DNA of 64,000 bases from the human T2T-CHM13v2.0 reference genome, Homo sapiens. Below, in pieces: positions 16,652-31,160 of this stretch (position 1 is the stretch's first letter; each line of letters starts with the position of its first letter). Location of the stretch: the NCBI RefSeq assembly GCF_009914755.1, contig NC_060925.1. One strand, 5' to 3'. Made by a program: the position numbers and the translations under genes. Below the pieces are notes generated by a model that was not told the origin of the DNA, searched no databases, and saw nothing but the letters and a program-made list of their open reading frames with translations.

Positions 16652-19235
16652 CTTCACATGTATGTATTAAAAAAAGAAGAAGAAAGTGAGATTCAACATC
16701 TTAGAAATAGAGGAACAAAGAGATAAGCTTGATTTCCCTAAGGATGCAAAGAACGTAAGTTCAAAACCAGAGGGAGAAAATGCCTTCTCACCCACACATT
16801 CTTGATATAATTTCCTAATTAAAGCTCACTGCAAGTATAATGCCAACCAGAGAATTTTAAAGTTATCTTTTCATACAATAGCCTTTAAGAAATTCTATTG
16901 ATAACATATGGACATTATAATATAAAGAAAAAGTTTGAGTATCAATCCTCTTGGAAAAAGAACATTTCTGTCATGAAGAGTTGTATAGTCATTCACATAC
17001 CATTAGAGATCTCAAAAGTTAGCTCAAAGGGTAAGTATTCAAACCAGCGATAAAGGAAATCCAGTTCAAAGCCTCCTCATATTACTAAGTTATATTTTTA
17101 TACTCAGATCCTGATTTTTGCAGCTTATAAAATTCTTTGTTTTAGATAACACACATGAATGGAACTTATAGTGTTTTGTTCCTAATTTGTACCATGCTTT
17201 CCACTTTTACTAGTTCTATTCCACATTTATTGCGATTCTCAGGTCATTTCCTTCTGACTACATAAACTGAAAAAGCCTTCTTGAGAGGAAGAATGGAAAG
17301 AAATGCTTAATACTAGCAGAACAATAAAGTCCTGTATGTCCCAGAAAATAGAAGAATAATATTCCAAATAACTTCTTTCACCTACAGTAGCTTTCTGTGA
17401 CAGTTAACTGCATAGTATTCACTTTACAACATGTTCACAGCAGTTTTCTTTCAAGTAAAACAGTGTTGGCAGTATTAATAACCTGTTAAGATGGAAACTG
17501 TTTAGAAGCAAGTGAGTAAGTTATAAGTCAGTAAAACTCCAAGTCACTCTTCCAAAAGAAAGTTTATTTGAGTTAAGGTTAAATTTGCCTTCTAAACTTC
17601 CCTAGTATCAAAGTTTTGAGAGGATCAATATTTTTAGTTTCTTAGGCCAAATTGCCTGTATGATACTCTTTTATAGAGAGATAACCTACATAGAGTTCTA
17701 GTATGAAAATATAGTTCTCAGCTGATTTTTAATTTCTCCAGGCATGGCATATTTACACTAAAATAATACTCATATATTTTCCACCAACGTGTAAAGCACC
17801 TAATATTGACTAGAAAATGCTATCTGTTCTTTACCTCTCTATGTTCCATCCACTTACTCTCCCAAGAAACCTGAGCCATCATAATCAGAAACACACTTTG
17901 CCAACAGTATTGCTATTATTGGTCATTTTTACCTCTAGTCCCTAGCACTGAATAAACAACAGATTTTTTTCTCAGATTTAATTAAATACTGGGGTTTCAA
18001 TTAGTGGCAGCATCAACAAAATATTGGCATTTCAGACACACCTGTTTTTCAGAGCTAAAAAATAATTCTATTGTCTTCACTTACAGTATGGCTAATGGAA
18101 TATCTTTCAAATTACTTGGAAAATAAAGAGAAGCAATTATATCTGAGGACCATTCTTTATAACATAGTACTTTACTGTTCAGCCTAAAAGTGTTTTTGTC
18201 TATACCAATACCCTGTGGCTAAACCATAGTTTCAATTAAATAAGAGACCATTAGTGATCAACAAGATGATTTCAAAGTATTGGATGGATGGTACTTGACA
18301 TATAGTAAGTGCTAAATAAATGTTGGATATTATTATGTTTGAAAAAAAAAATCTCAAAGTGTTGTCACTTTCCCAGACTAACAAGCTAATTTTTTAATGC
18401 AATGTAACAAGACACTGATCTTTACAGAGAGAGATTAATTAACAATATAAAATAAAATACTAAAAAACAGACATTTTAGATAAAATAGTCCATTTTAGGT
18501 AAATATATTTTAGATAAAATAGGACATACTTTTACTCACTGTTAATTTTGGTGAAGCATTTTGGTTTCTTGTGTTCTTTTTTGTTGTTGTTGTTGTTTTA
18601 GCATGAGATTATCATAGTGAGGAAGCAAAGCATATAAGAATGTAAATTCCTGTGAAACATGCCTATATGGGACATATTTTCTTTGCAGTATAAATTTGAC
18701 TGATTTCAACTAATTTAAATAGTTGAGGAACATCCTCTGATAGATTTTCTGTTGTAATAGTTTAAATGGCCTTATTGAAAAGATTAAAATATCAACTGAA
18801 TATATTTGGGATTATATAATAACCCATCTTTGTGCTGTATAGCCCAGGAAACATAAATGAATAAATGAAATTTAAATCGAACCTCTGCTCCGCAAGGTAC
18901 AGCCATATGTACCATAGATCCTCTATTCCTATTTCTTACTCTTTCAATATAGTATAAATTGGTGACTGTTACTTATCCCTAACTTTTCGTTTCTCCTCAT
19001 CCTCAGCAACCAATTCAAATTTTTGTAGAAGCTGAGTACTTTTTTATTTGTCTTCTAGCCCTTTTCCCTTTTATGTCTATTATTTCTTTTTCCAACAAGC
19101 TAATCTTGAGATAAAGGTTACCCATTCCTGCCTTTGCAGTTCTCCTCTTCTCACCTCTCCTCTCTTTGTATCTTCTCTTCCTGTCACTTCCTCATCCCTC
19201 TCTCTGTTTCCCCCTTTCACTCTCTCTCCTCATGA

Positions 19236-19592
<357 letters not shown>

Positions 19593-20119
19593 AGAATACT
19601 TTATTGAGAGTAAGAAGAATCTCTGCAGGCAAAGACAGATTTGTCTTTAAAGTTTGAAGAATCTTGGTGGTGGGAGTGAAATGTATGTGAATATTTTCTT
19701 GTTAAATGTTTTTGCCCATGTTGCAAACAAGTATTGTCAAAGGTCTCAGATGAGTCTGCCTAACTGACCTTGAATATCAATATTAAACTTAGGTTAGAAA
19801 AAAAGCGATATTGCTATCTAGTGCTTTAACACCTTGCTTTACAGCTAACAAGATTCTCTTCTTCGAAATGAATAAAGCTCGTTAGACATTGTAGTCAATT
19901 ATCTCTCTCTCTATGAGTATTTTATTTAAAGATTGAGATAGAACCACTTAAGTCATGAAGACAGTTATCCATCTACAGTCCTGGGCACTTAAGGACGATC
20001 TTTTCCATGGATAAACTTTATTTTGACTCATTAAAAGGAGCATATGGAAATAATTCCAATTTTACTTACCTGGTGTGCCAGATAAGAGAAACTATGGCCA
20101 GTAATACTTTAAACTGTAC

Positions 20120-20330
20120 TATGCTTTACAGCTTCCCAAACCTGCTCACTTACAGTATTGCATTTGACCCCCAGCACCCTGTGAGTTAGCTATTATTATT
20201 TCAATTTCACAGATGTGGCACCTTGAGCTCAGAGAGGTTAAATGACTTGTCCAAGTTCAGATAGTAAGTGACAACAGGGCCTGGAACTTATGACTTCTAA
20301 AATTGGCTCCAAAGATAGCTATTCATTTTC
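20120..20330 (-). mobile_element. MIR
   Basis: Core 'atttcacagatg...gctcagagaggttaaatgacttgtccaag'. Confidence 0.85.
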
Positions 20331-20799
20331 ACAGACAAAAACTGAGTCTAAAATTTATTATGTGGATAATGGGTTATTCATTGCCTTTTGTGTTTTCTCA
20401 CGAGGAAGAGACACCAGGACAGAGACACTCGACATATCGAAAGTGATGGGGGGTAGAGAGATCAAGCAAGCTGGTTGGACTGTTGGGCCTCTCTCTCTAT
20501 TTCCCTATATGATGCCTTATGAATACTGTATGACATCTGCCACAATAGCCCTTGTACCTTGAGTCCTTTCAACAAATCATAAAAGATACAATGATTGGGT
20601 CTCTATAACCACAGAAAATTGAATGCAAAAGAAAAACCTTTCTTTTTTTTCCCTTTCCATCCAATTTGCCAGGAGTCATCCTATGATCACACATGAGATA
20701 GGGATCGCAGCTGTATCTCTGATTGAGGTTATGGTCACAGGGATGAGTGGCAGTGGGGCCAAACCCCGCATGGTCACATTAACAGCTATTCTCTATCGC

Positions 20800-21120
20800 T
20801 GTGTTCTGAACTCAGCGGCTGCCTAATAAGTGGCTGCATGACTGAAGCATCAAATGAACACAAGAAAGTAACTTCTGAAGCCCTGCCTACTTTGGTCTCC
20901 GGGCCTATTGAAGTGAGTTCCTTGAGATACTTATTCCCTCACAAGTACACTGAGTACTTGCAAGTCCCAGCCTCAGGCTCATTCTCAGTAACCACGTCAC
21001 AACTCTGCATGACAAAACTTTTCAGGGTCCTTTTTACAGACCACGCTCCAGCGGTGAGCAGTGAAGTGAGTTACAGAATTGTCTCTGCTAACCTGACTGC
21101 GGCACGTGTTCCGCCAACCC
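20800..21120. promoter_or_regulatory. Candidate enhancer-like unique segment
   Basis: Non-repeat, locally GC/CpG-enriched. Contains CCACGTCA (UPRE/CRE-like, 20992-20999) and E-box CACGTG (21103-21108). Motif evidence only. Confidence 0.3.
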
Positions 21121-22899
21121 CTACTCAGTTTCTCCCCCTGTTCTTTTCTTTGTATTTATTACTTTGGGAAACACTTCTTTCTTTTTAACCAAGATTTGTT
21201 TTTCTTCTCTTCTTTGCATAGAGTAATGCTTTATCTCATGAATCCCCAACACGCGCATATGAACAAAGATTATGATAGGGACATTTTTTCTTCCATGTCT
21301 CTCTCTGGAGCAAAACTGCATTTTGTTTGAATGATTTCATAATGCATTTGATAAAATAATTGACTTTAAAGCTTGGACCTTCCTTGTTCATCAGTTCGTT
21401 TTCTCCCTATAATTCTTTAAAGAAAGCCTTTCCTTGGAAACCAATTAAGCCATTTGAATAGGATGCTGCAAATTAATAATTCTACCATTTACAAAGCAAT
21501 AAGATCAGCCAACATACCACCCAGAATCTCTCTATATAAACAAAAATAATTAAGAACATCATTTAGATGGATGTTTATGCTTTTTTATGATGAGTTGAAG
21601 TTTTATAATTCTAGATAAAAAAATGGAAACTCAACTAAAGAGCACATTAGATGGGAGGCAAACTGTGGCATCATTTACGCAGAAAGTTCAAAAATGCATA
21701 GATTTTTATAAACTTAACCATTCAGAATGCTCTCACTGTTGTGTTAGTATGAGTTAAAATGAAAATATTTTGTGCTATGATTAGGGTAGTTTAGTTTATG
21801 TTGCCAAATACAAAGATGTTTTCCATTTTGTTTAAGCAGACGTTTTTGTATTCTGTGTTGGCCCCTCATTACTTGAAGGAAAGTAATATTTATTTGGCAC
21901 TTAACAAGACTTTCATACTTCCTTGTTATCCTTAAATAAGAACTATAATATATGTCTTTTAGTGTATGCTATGCATTTCATTTTTAACTCAAATTCCCAC
22001 GATTTACAATGCCTAACAAATTACATACTGTAAGTATAATTTTTATCATTCTAGTTGGGAAAATATTTTTCATAGATTCAAATTGCCTTCAAAAGTACAT
22101 TTATGTATATAGATATGTATCACTTTCAAAAAATCTGTCCAGAAATGTCTTTCTTATTATGATAAATATGGTCCTTAATTATGACTATATAACAGCTGAT
22201 TATTTTCTCTGTATCTGATTATGTTTTGTGACTCATTCATGATGGTTAAAACTACTTTTGTATTATCCTATAATAAAATATCTAGAAAACAATCAAACAA
22301 AAACTTTCAGATTCTCATCTTCATGGTTGAAATAATAAACTAATAATGGGGAAGATAATTATTTAATTAAGGAACATGGCATGTTTATATGACCTAGTAT
22401 ATTTTGCCCTAAATATTTATTCTTGAAACCTAAATGAGACATCACAGGTATTCAGCAACTCTTCTTCCTGTAAGACCAGTTCCTAAACGTTTACCACTTT
22501 TCTCACATTGTATTTCCAGTCTGTCTCTCCTTCCCCACCACCCCTTCTCTCTCCTTTTTCCCTATCTCTACCTCATCCTTCTCTCTTCTTTCATCCTGTT
22601 TGTCTCTCTCTTCCCTCTCTCCTTGTCTCTCTCTCTCTCCTGATGACTTTATGTCATGCTCCCTAGATAAGTTCTGCCTATTAGACATTAATTTCCATGA
22701 ATTCTTATCCCACTGCTTACATATCTCTCAATCTTTATTCATCTTTACAATTTTATCTCTTTACTTTTTATAAAGGAAGTAGAGTGATTTGTCGTCCTGT
22801 CTTGGGTTCCTATTAAAATCTTTTTCCTGAGTATTATCTAGTTTCATCACATCACATCTCTTGAGGAAAAATCTTGCTATCAATTAATTCTATTTTTCT

Positions 22900-23560
22900 C
22901 TCTGTCTGCAATGATACCCCTCACTAATTGTTCTCTAAATCGTAGAAAGCTGATTAACCATCTTTCATGCTAAACCAACAAACAAAATCCTTCCCTAATA
23001 CCATTGTGCTCTAGCTCTTGTCTGGTTACTACATTTATTTATATGCATGATCACTATAGTCTTCGTTTGCTTTTGCCCTGTATATTGCTTCATCCTACTT
23101 TCAGACAAATCCATATTTTTCACATCAAACCTGATCTTACTGAAGTCACTACCCTAATTGCTAAACACAGTGGTCACTTCTTATTCCTAATTTTAGCTTA
23201 ACTTGCCGTACAGTGTGCCAAGTTATGGTTATAACAATTGTTTTGACAATCTCTTCCAACTTTGTCTCTATGATTCTTCTACTTCTTGGATTATTAAGCT
23301 TCAGTTTCATTGCTTGGCTTTTCTTTCTCATCATGCTTCTTAAGAATGGTTGTGTTTTAATTAGAGTTCTACATTTTATTATTTTCTATTATATTCCACA
23401 ATCTCCTTCACCTTAAGATCTATATTAAACATTATAGCTGCACAGTTAAGTCAATTATCTCTTCTTAGCCCCAGATCCATATACCCACCTACTCTTGTTG
23501 TATATTCTACAATAACTTCTTATTCAGCCATCCAAAAGCTGATCTTAGTATTCATTTATG
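22900..23560 (+). mobile_element. L2 relic
   Basis: Pyrimidine-rich L2-like phrases ('aattgctaaacacagtggtcacttc', 'cccagatccatatacccacctact', 'atccaaaagctgatctt'). Confidence 0.6.
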
Positions 23561-23671
23561 TTTTTCTTCCTTTTTCATAATGAGTTATTTATATTTAAAA
23601 AATGAACTATGAATATTTTAAATCATCCTTTGGGGATATATCAAATGAAAACATTTTGTAATCAATGTTCA

Positions 23672-23980
<309 letters not shown>

Positions 23981-24529
23981 TTAACAAATTTTCTAGAGTA
24001 TTATTTACATTTTGGATTATATTCAATTGGCATTTGTGCTGGTACAAAAATTCAGAAATAATGAAACAATAGAAATAAAAATGATTTGTAAACTCCAAAC
24101 AAATAAAAATGATTTGTAAACTCCTTCTTTATACAGATCTATTTCTATTTTTGAGAAAATGCAATTATAGTTGAAGGCACACTAACCTATTATTGTGCTA
24201 TATAATATAATGCAATTTTATATGCTTACATCCTTATGAGTGTGCTAGCTGCAAAAATAAGTATAAGCAGTTTATCATGCACTCTAAATAGTTAAATTCA
24301 GACTGGATTCCATTGAAGAAATATGTGAACACAATCTAAGTAATCAACAAGAGTATTACCTTCATAGCTAAAACTTACTCTTTTATTAAGGAGATATTTA
24401 GCTTAGGCCCAAACAGAATGACAAATATGATAAATCTGTATCCCAGAAGAGGTATGTCCAGAAACAAAACAAAATAAACAAACAAACAAACAGAAAAAGA
24501 AAACTCACAACACTCAATAGTGGACTAAA

Positions 24530-24890
24530 ACAGAGAGTACTTATTGGTGGGTGTTGAATAGGTAGCTCTGCTGATCTTGACCCAGTTTATTCAAATGTCT
24601 GAAAGCTGCTATTAGCTATCTACAATGACATCAACTGGAGCAATTTAGCTCTGCTCTTTGTCTTTCTTTTCCTTCATCAGACTAGTCCAGGTATGTTCAT
24701 TTGATGAAGTCAGAAACACAAGAGAGAGAGAACCCAATTGCACAAGGCTTCTCAAGCCTGCTATTACATCACACTAGCCAGCATCAATTGGCCAAAACAA
24801 GTCATATGGCCACAGTCAGAGTGGAAATGTAAAGTTACATGGGAAAGGTAGGGTACAGAGAAGAAAAACAGCCATTTTTGCAGCCTGCAG
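24530..24890 (-). mobile_element. MLT1 (H-like) MaLR LTR
   Basis: 'tagctctgctgatcttg', 'cagactagtccaggtatgttc', 'attggccaaaacaagtcatatggcc', 'aaagttacatggg', 'gccatttttgca'. Confidence 0.7.
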
Positions 24891-24929
24891 ATCTTCCAAG
24901 ACTTTTTTTTAACTAAAATTAAGTGCAAA

Positions 24930-25160
24930 TCATTTGGTAAATGCTTTAGTACATGAGCTCATTTAAATTTAACAGCAACTCCGTGAGATCAGCATAATTA
25001 TTGCTATTAATAATTTCTCATATCTCTTATTTTACAAATATGAAACTAAGATTTAGAGAAGATAATTAGCTCAAGATCACAGAGATTACAAATGGAAAAA
25101 CTGAGATATGAACCCAGATGTTCTGACTCCTAAGATTCTTCTTAACTACTATGTTATGAT
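24930..25160 (-). mobile_element. MIR
   Basis: 'tttacaaatatgaaactaagatttagaga...ctcaagatcacag...tgaacccagatgttctgactcc'. Confidence 0.85.
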
Positions 25161-27029
25161 GTCCACAATAGCCCAAGTTAAAAAAAAAATTCTTTGTAAT
25201 GATGCTATAGCCTGTTGATGCATGATTGTCATTTTGATTATATCTAAAGAAAAAAACATATAAACATCAATATACTCATATATTTATATGTTGCATCTCT
25301 TTTTTATTAGTGAAGTAATTATAGTCTCTTTCACATTTACAAGAGCAATATACTACTTGTTTTTTGTTGTTGCTCTGTTCTGTTTTTGTTTTGTTTTTAC
25401 ATTTTAGGTCTGACAATAAGACTCTCCACAGCAATACTTGGGGTTCATAAATGAATCTCAGTTAGAAATCTTATGTCATAATCTCAAGTCTGGTATTAAA
25501 TTCACCTGACAAACAAGAACTGCTACAGGCCTCAACTTCTAGTATAGAATATAAAGAAAAGAATTGGAAATTCATTAAATCCTTACTACAGGCTTTTCAT
25601 GCTTTAAAGTTGAAAACTGGTTTAAGCCTGGATGCTTCCAGCATTTTATAATTTGGCTTGTAATCAGTTACAAGAAAGAAAAAGTAATCACCAAAATGAA
25701 GTAGTTTACCATACTGCAACGGGAAACAGCAGAGAAATGAGATTTTGTGATAACATCAAAACAAAGGAATGCCTAAAAAATATAGTAAAGCATTCTTTGT
25801 AACTGAAAGCCTGTGCTGTGCAAAATTATAATTTCAAAACTTAAACTCATGAAGTCATGCACAATATATAATAATAAGTTTACATGTTGAAAATTAGATT
25901 TGTTACTCAAAATCAAAGCCAAAAAAGAAAACAAACAAAAAAACCCTTCCAATTATATCTTCATTTTATCTATTTTTTTTAAAGTAATAAACATGCAATT
26001 TACCAATTCCAAGAGCTTCCTGGAACTAAAAAATGACAAGCAAAATTAACTAAGCAGTCTGAAGAACAAGGACTGAAATATCTACACAGTATGTGTCCAC
26101 TGCACTAACTGGGCCACCCTTGGGGTGTTGGAAAGTGGGACTATATTCTCTTTTATAGTATTTGCATGTTTAACAACTCCTTTAGAAGACATATGCTGTG
26201 TGAAAGCATTTTATAAATGATCTCAGAGAATAACAAACTTTTTTCCTTAGATCAACCATACTCCTTCCAATTGAGGAGCAGACACAAAGCTGGTTACCTT
26301 CCTTAAGATGTTTAACTGACTCTTCAGAGATCAAAAGCTAATAGATTTACTGCTGTTAAATCCTATACAAAAGAATTGCTTCTATACCTGGAATTATGTA
26401 AGTTAGCAGTATGGTTTCCTAGATGTAAATTTAAGAAAATCCCTGCTTGGCTTGTTTCATCCTACTTTTTCTTCTACCAGCTAGTGCCTAGTTTAAGGAA
26501 GAATAAAAATTAGCAGTTGGTTGACATTCCTTCAAATGGAGTAGCAATACATTAGTATTTTTCTGATCACTGGATACCCTGAAGTGGAGAGCTTTCCAAG
26601 TATTGGTTAGCTTTAATTTTTTCTTATCTATTTTACCATAAATAAGGAAGCACGAAAGACCAGTATTACAGTATATAGTATGTTGCCTATTCAGGTTTAA
26701 CATTATTATTTAAACTGGCTTTTTTTTCAAGGAGTCAAATAATACAGATTTTCACTCAGAAACCCAGTTTCTCTAAACAGTAGCTTTTAGGAACAGTAGC
26801 TTCTAATAATAACAATATTAATATTCTCAAGCTTATTCTAAAGTGATTATCATTCTGACTTACAATTGTTCATTTGTCTATCAAACCTTATAACTTACAA
26901 GTGATTTGAGGACAAAAGCTATGTTTGCCTATGTTTGTATACACAGAGGTTTTCATGGTATTAAAGTAAATTCTATTAAATTAGTAATACTATGTATTTA
27001 TGTTTGCCATTTAAATGTTTTACAAGCCA

Positions 27030-28225
27030 GGAATAACTGTAGGAAACAGATTTGAAAATGGGATTTTGAAGTTGGATTACTAATTACTTGGCCATCAATG
27101 AAGACCTTATTATTGGTGGTAGGTGGGTGATAGATGAAGTACTTAGCCCATGTCATGTTGTAGTAGAGCAATTGTTAAAACATTCACTGGTTATAAACTG
27201 GAATAAAATACTGGTGTAAGAGAATGCATTGGCTGGTACATTAACTCAGTCATTTGAAAAGTACAGAGGAAGGAGTAGTAATAAGGACTACGAAATTGGA
27301 TGACTGTCGGTGGGTGCCATTAAAACACTAAAAAAAAAAAAGCAATGCAAGGCTGAGGATCAATAATCCATTTAATCAGTGTGTGAAAGCCGGAGACTCC
27401 CTTAGCAGCATATAAAGAGAGCATATAAATCTGGAGGACAGAAAAGAGTAAGGATTAGGCCCAAGCCTTAATGAAAAAGCTCAAATGAGTTGAATTCTCA
27501 ACCTTGTCCAGTCTTCCTGTCTGAAGAATAGAGCCCTGATTGGAAAGGTGTGGTACCTGAGACTTTGGATGGAGACAACTGAGTTATCTGGGGGATTAGC
27601 AACTTCATAAAAGGGTTGGAGGACACAGCACCCTTTTGCCCTTCCATTTCTTCTGCCTTGTGAGGATACAACATTTGTGCCCTCCACAGAATGCAGCCAA
27701 AAAGGTGCCATCTTGGGAAGAGAGAGCAGTCCTCACCAGACACCAAAACTGACAGTGCCTTAATCTTGGACTTTCTAGCCTCCAGAGTGGGAGAAGTAAA
27801 TTTCCATTATTTATAAGTTACTCAGTCTCGGGTGTTTTGTTATAGCAGCATAAACGAACTCAGCCAATTCCCTTGCCTGATTTTGGTAGTAAATTGGAAC
27901 AGATAGCACACACAGTTGGAGAAGGCATGGTGACCAGAGAATTCAACCCTCAGAGAACAGAGTCTGGGTACCTTCCTGAACTGAGCCACACTGACTAGCA
28001 GATGTGCCATATGAAGTACAGAGAAAGCTGCATGGACAGTAAGGAGGCAGATGGTCGACATCAGTTTTGGCCCCAAGGTCAGCAGCAGTGGCATGATTCT
28101 AGTTTGTCCCACTAGTCTTTGTATGTTTCCCCAGGAAAGCAGACAAATCAGGATCTTGGAGAATCCGTGTCTATATAGGCTAAAACTTTAAAATGCAAGT
28201 AGATCTATGTGGCCCAATGAGTAGA
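27030..28225 (+). mobile_element. ERVL-class internal relic (ERV3-16A3-like), interrupted by an MST LTR
   Basis: Purine-rich retroviral-like internal sequence running into a PPT-like 'gagtagat' directly before the LTR16-like LTR. Confidence 0.45.
27590..27866 (+). mobile_element. MST (MSTC/D-like) MaLR LTR, 3' part
   Basis: 'gtgccatcttgggaagagagagcagtcctcaccagacacc...ttggactttctagcctccaga...ttgttatagcagca'. Confidence 0.85.
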
Positions 28226-28226
28226 T

Positions 28227-28722
28227 TGTAATGGAGTCAGTGGTGTTATGCAGATCTCCCCTCTAAGATTTTGAGGCATTCATTCAGCCCAGCTATTGTG
28301 AGGTCCCCCTTGTTCCAGAGTGAGCAGTATTGTCCCAGAGTGAGCAGGTCTATGCAAACCTACCACCAAAGTCCAAGCAACACCCCTCCTAATGGTCCTC
28401 TACCATACTGAAGGGAGCTTCTTTGCCCGAGTTTCAACTCCCTTCCCTGGGACAGCCTTTATTCAATAGCTAGTCTATGTAGGGGTACAAAAGACTGAAT
28501 TTCCTGTCTTAATTTGGAAGCTCTAAGAGCATCCTAGCTCAAGAACACCCTATGGAATCAACTAAATCTTCTTTTGGACTGTATTATAGTTCAACTTTCC
28601 CCTTTGCCTGGCCCTGCACCCTCAATTTATTAAATATATATTTTTTTGTGCAATCCCTAAAGCCTTCTGAATGCAAAGCTCTTCCTCAGAGTTCATTTTA
28701 AGACATTTAGCCTAAGAAACCC
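28227..28722 (+). mobile_element. LTR16A-like ERVL LTR
   Basis: 'cttccctgggacagcc', 'aggggtacaaaag', 'catcctagctcaaga', 'agttcaactttcccctttgcc', 'tgcaaagctcttcctcagagt'. Confidence 0.7.
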
Positions 28723-29943
28723 TGCAACTAATTTTTAGACTTATCATTTGGTGACAATCTTTCTATGTCTTCCGATATTTTTTTTCTACCTAGTACTACA
28801 TATTCTGTTTGTGTCATAATTTATTTAATAATTTAGGCTGTTTCAAAATTTTTGTCCTACAGATCTTGGTACTGTTAGCATTTCTAGGCAAGGGCATTGT
28901 TACTGTACCTCAGACTACATCCTAGCTCTACATCCATCAGTAAGTAATATCAATATTTAAGCCTTGTGGTATCATTGGTCTCATTTTTCAAAATGTAAAA
29001 ATGTTTCCTGTGTCTCAGTATTTGAGAAGGTTGAGCTAATCTTCAAAAATGTATCTTAATATTATGAAAAGTTGTCTTATAGATTCTTCTTCCATCTTCT
29101 ACCTTTGTTTTATTTACCTACGCTAAATTACATGATGAACTTAAAAGCAATCATCATAAATAAGAACTCTTTATCACATCTTTCACAGCCTCATCCTCTG
29201 GTACATCAAACTTCTCATTTAAAAAAAATTTACTAAGATTAACAAGCACTGTTGGACAAAAATAAATAAAACTATATTGATTCATTCTACAAGAAGACAT
29301 GACCTCTTACTTTAACTAAAACAGACTGTTCAGAAATATTTTTATTGAAATATAACTTACAATAAAGTACAAAAATTCTGAGTGTAAAATTCATTGAATT
29401 TTACTTATAAACATACCAAGCAACGACCACACATATTGATCTTAAAAATTTTCTGCACCAGAATTTTTTATAAGCACTTTCTCATTCACCTCCCTCTCCA
29501 GAGAGTACAGTTTTCTGACTTTTGTCACTGTATATTAGCTTTATTCTTCTTGAATTTCATATAAGTAGAATCATAAAGTACATATTCTTTGCTCTCTCAT
29601 TTCTTTTCTCATTATATGTCTGTGAGATTCATTCATTTTACTGAGTTTAGAAGTGGTTTATTCTTTCATATTGCTGTGTAGTTGTGAAGTGTACAGAAAA
29701 AATGTTTGTATTTCTAGAGTGGGAGGTTTCTGAAGAAATTTTACCTGGAAACAGGATTCTGGGCTGAGACCAAGACTTGGGACAGTAATTTACAATTTTA
29801 TAGATAGAGAACTCCAGAAAGATTTACCTAGCTCCTAAAGTATATGTTTACATATCAAGAGAAAAGCATAAAACTTTGGCAAAGTCTCAAGGTTTAAAAT
29901 CTGAAGCCATCTGGCCCTTGGAGAGGTTTAAATTACATTCCAA

Positions 29944-30235
<292 letters not shown>

Positions 30236-31160
30236 TACTATATTTTAAAAAGTTAGAATAAGAACTCAGTATCCTTTCCACTTCTCCAAGGTTCAAAGTT
30301 TATTCTCCCTCTTTCGAAAAGAAGAAAGGGAGGCGGCTTCCTCTTTTTCCTGTGTAAAAGCAGAGAAAATTCATTATTTAAATGATTAATGATAATTTGT
30401 GTATGGGTCACACTTTTTTGTGTGCATATAGGATAAAATTAATTAATATAAATATGAAAAACCAAAAACATCCCCAGTATTTCATTATATAAAAAATAAT
30501 ATATTTAACCATCTTATTTTTGATGCAGACTTAAGTTGTTTCAGATTTGTAACTATGATGAAGAAAGCTGTTATGGACATACTTGTACACATATTTTGTT
30601 GGTCATATGTCCTCGTTTTTGGAGGGATATATGATTAAAAGTAAAATTGCTGGGTCCCAGGAAAGTTACATATTTGGTTTATGTATGTATTGGTAAATAG
30701 CTTTTCAAAGTGATTTTACCAATACACACACCCACCAATACGCAGGTGTCCTAATTGTTTCACATCTTTAGCAATACTTACTTATTCTACTTTTGACAGA
30801 CACTTATTTTTAAATGCTTTAAAAATATTCTGCATTATTTTCTGGTTTTCACAATATTGCTTCAGAAGTTAGTCATCATCTTACTATTGTTTCTTTGAGG
30901 GTGATGTTTCTTACTTCTCTGGCTACTTTTAAGACTGTCTCTGTTTTTCAACAGTGTAACGAACATGTACTTAGATAATTCTTTTGGTTTGTTTAACTGA
31001 TTAACTATTAAAAATTATTCTGCTTGTGGTTTTCTGGTCTTTTAAAATCTGGAATGTGACATATTTTCATATTTTTAGAAAATTTTCGGCTTTTAACTTT
31101 TTAAATATTACATTTGATCTAATTTCTTCTTCCTTCCCTTCCAAGATTTTAATTCCAGGT

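Noticed and set aside
20838-21188. 116-aa ORF in unique sequence
   Set aside because: No recognisable homology or domain, and the length is within chance expectation for a GC-richer patch.
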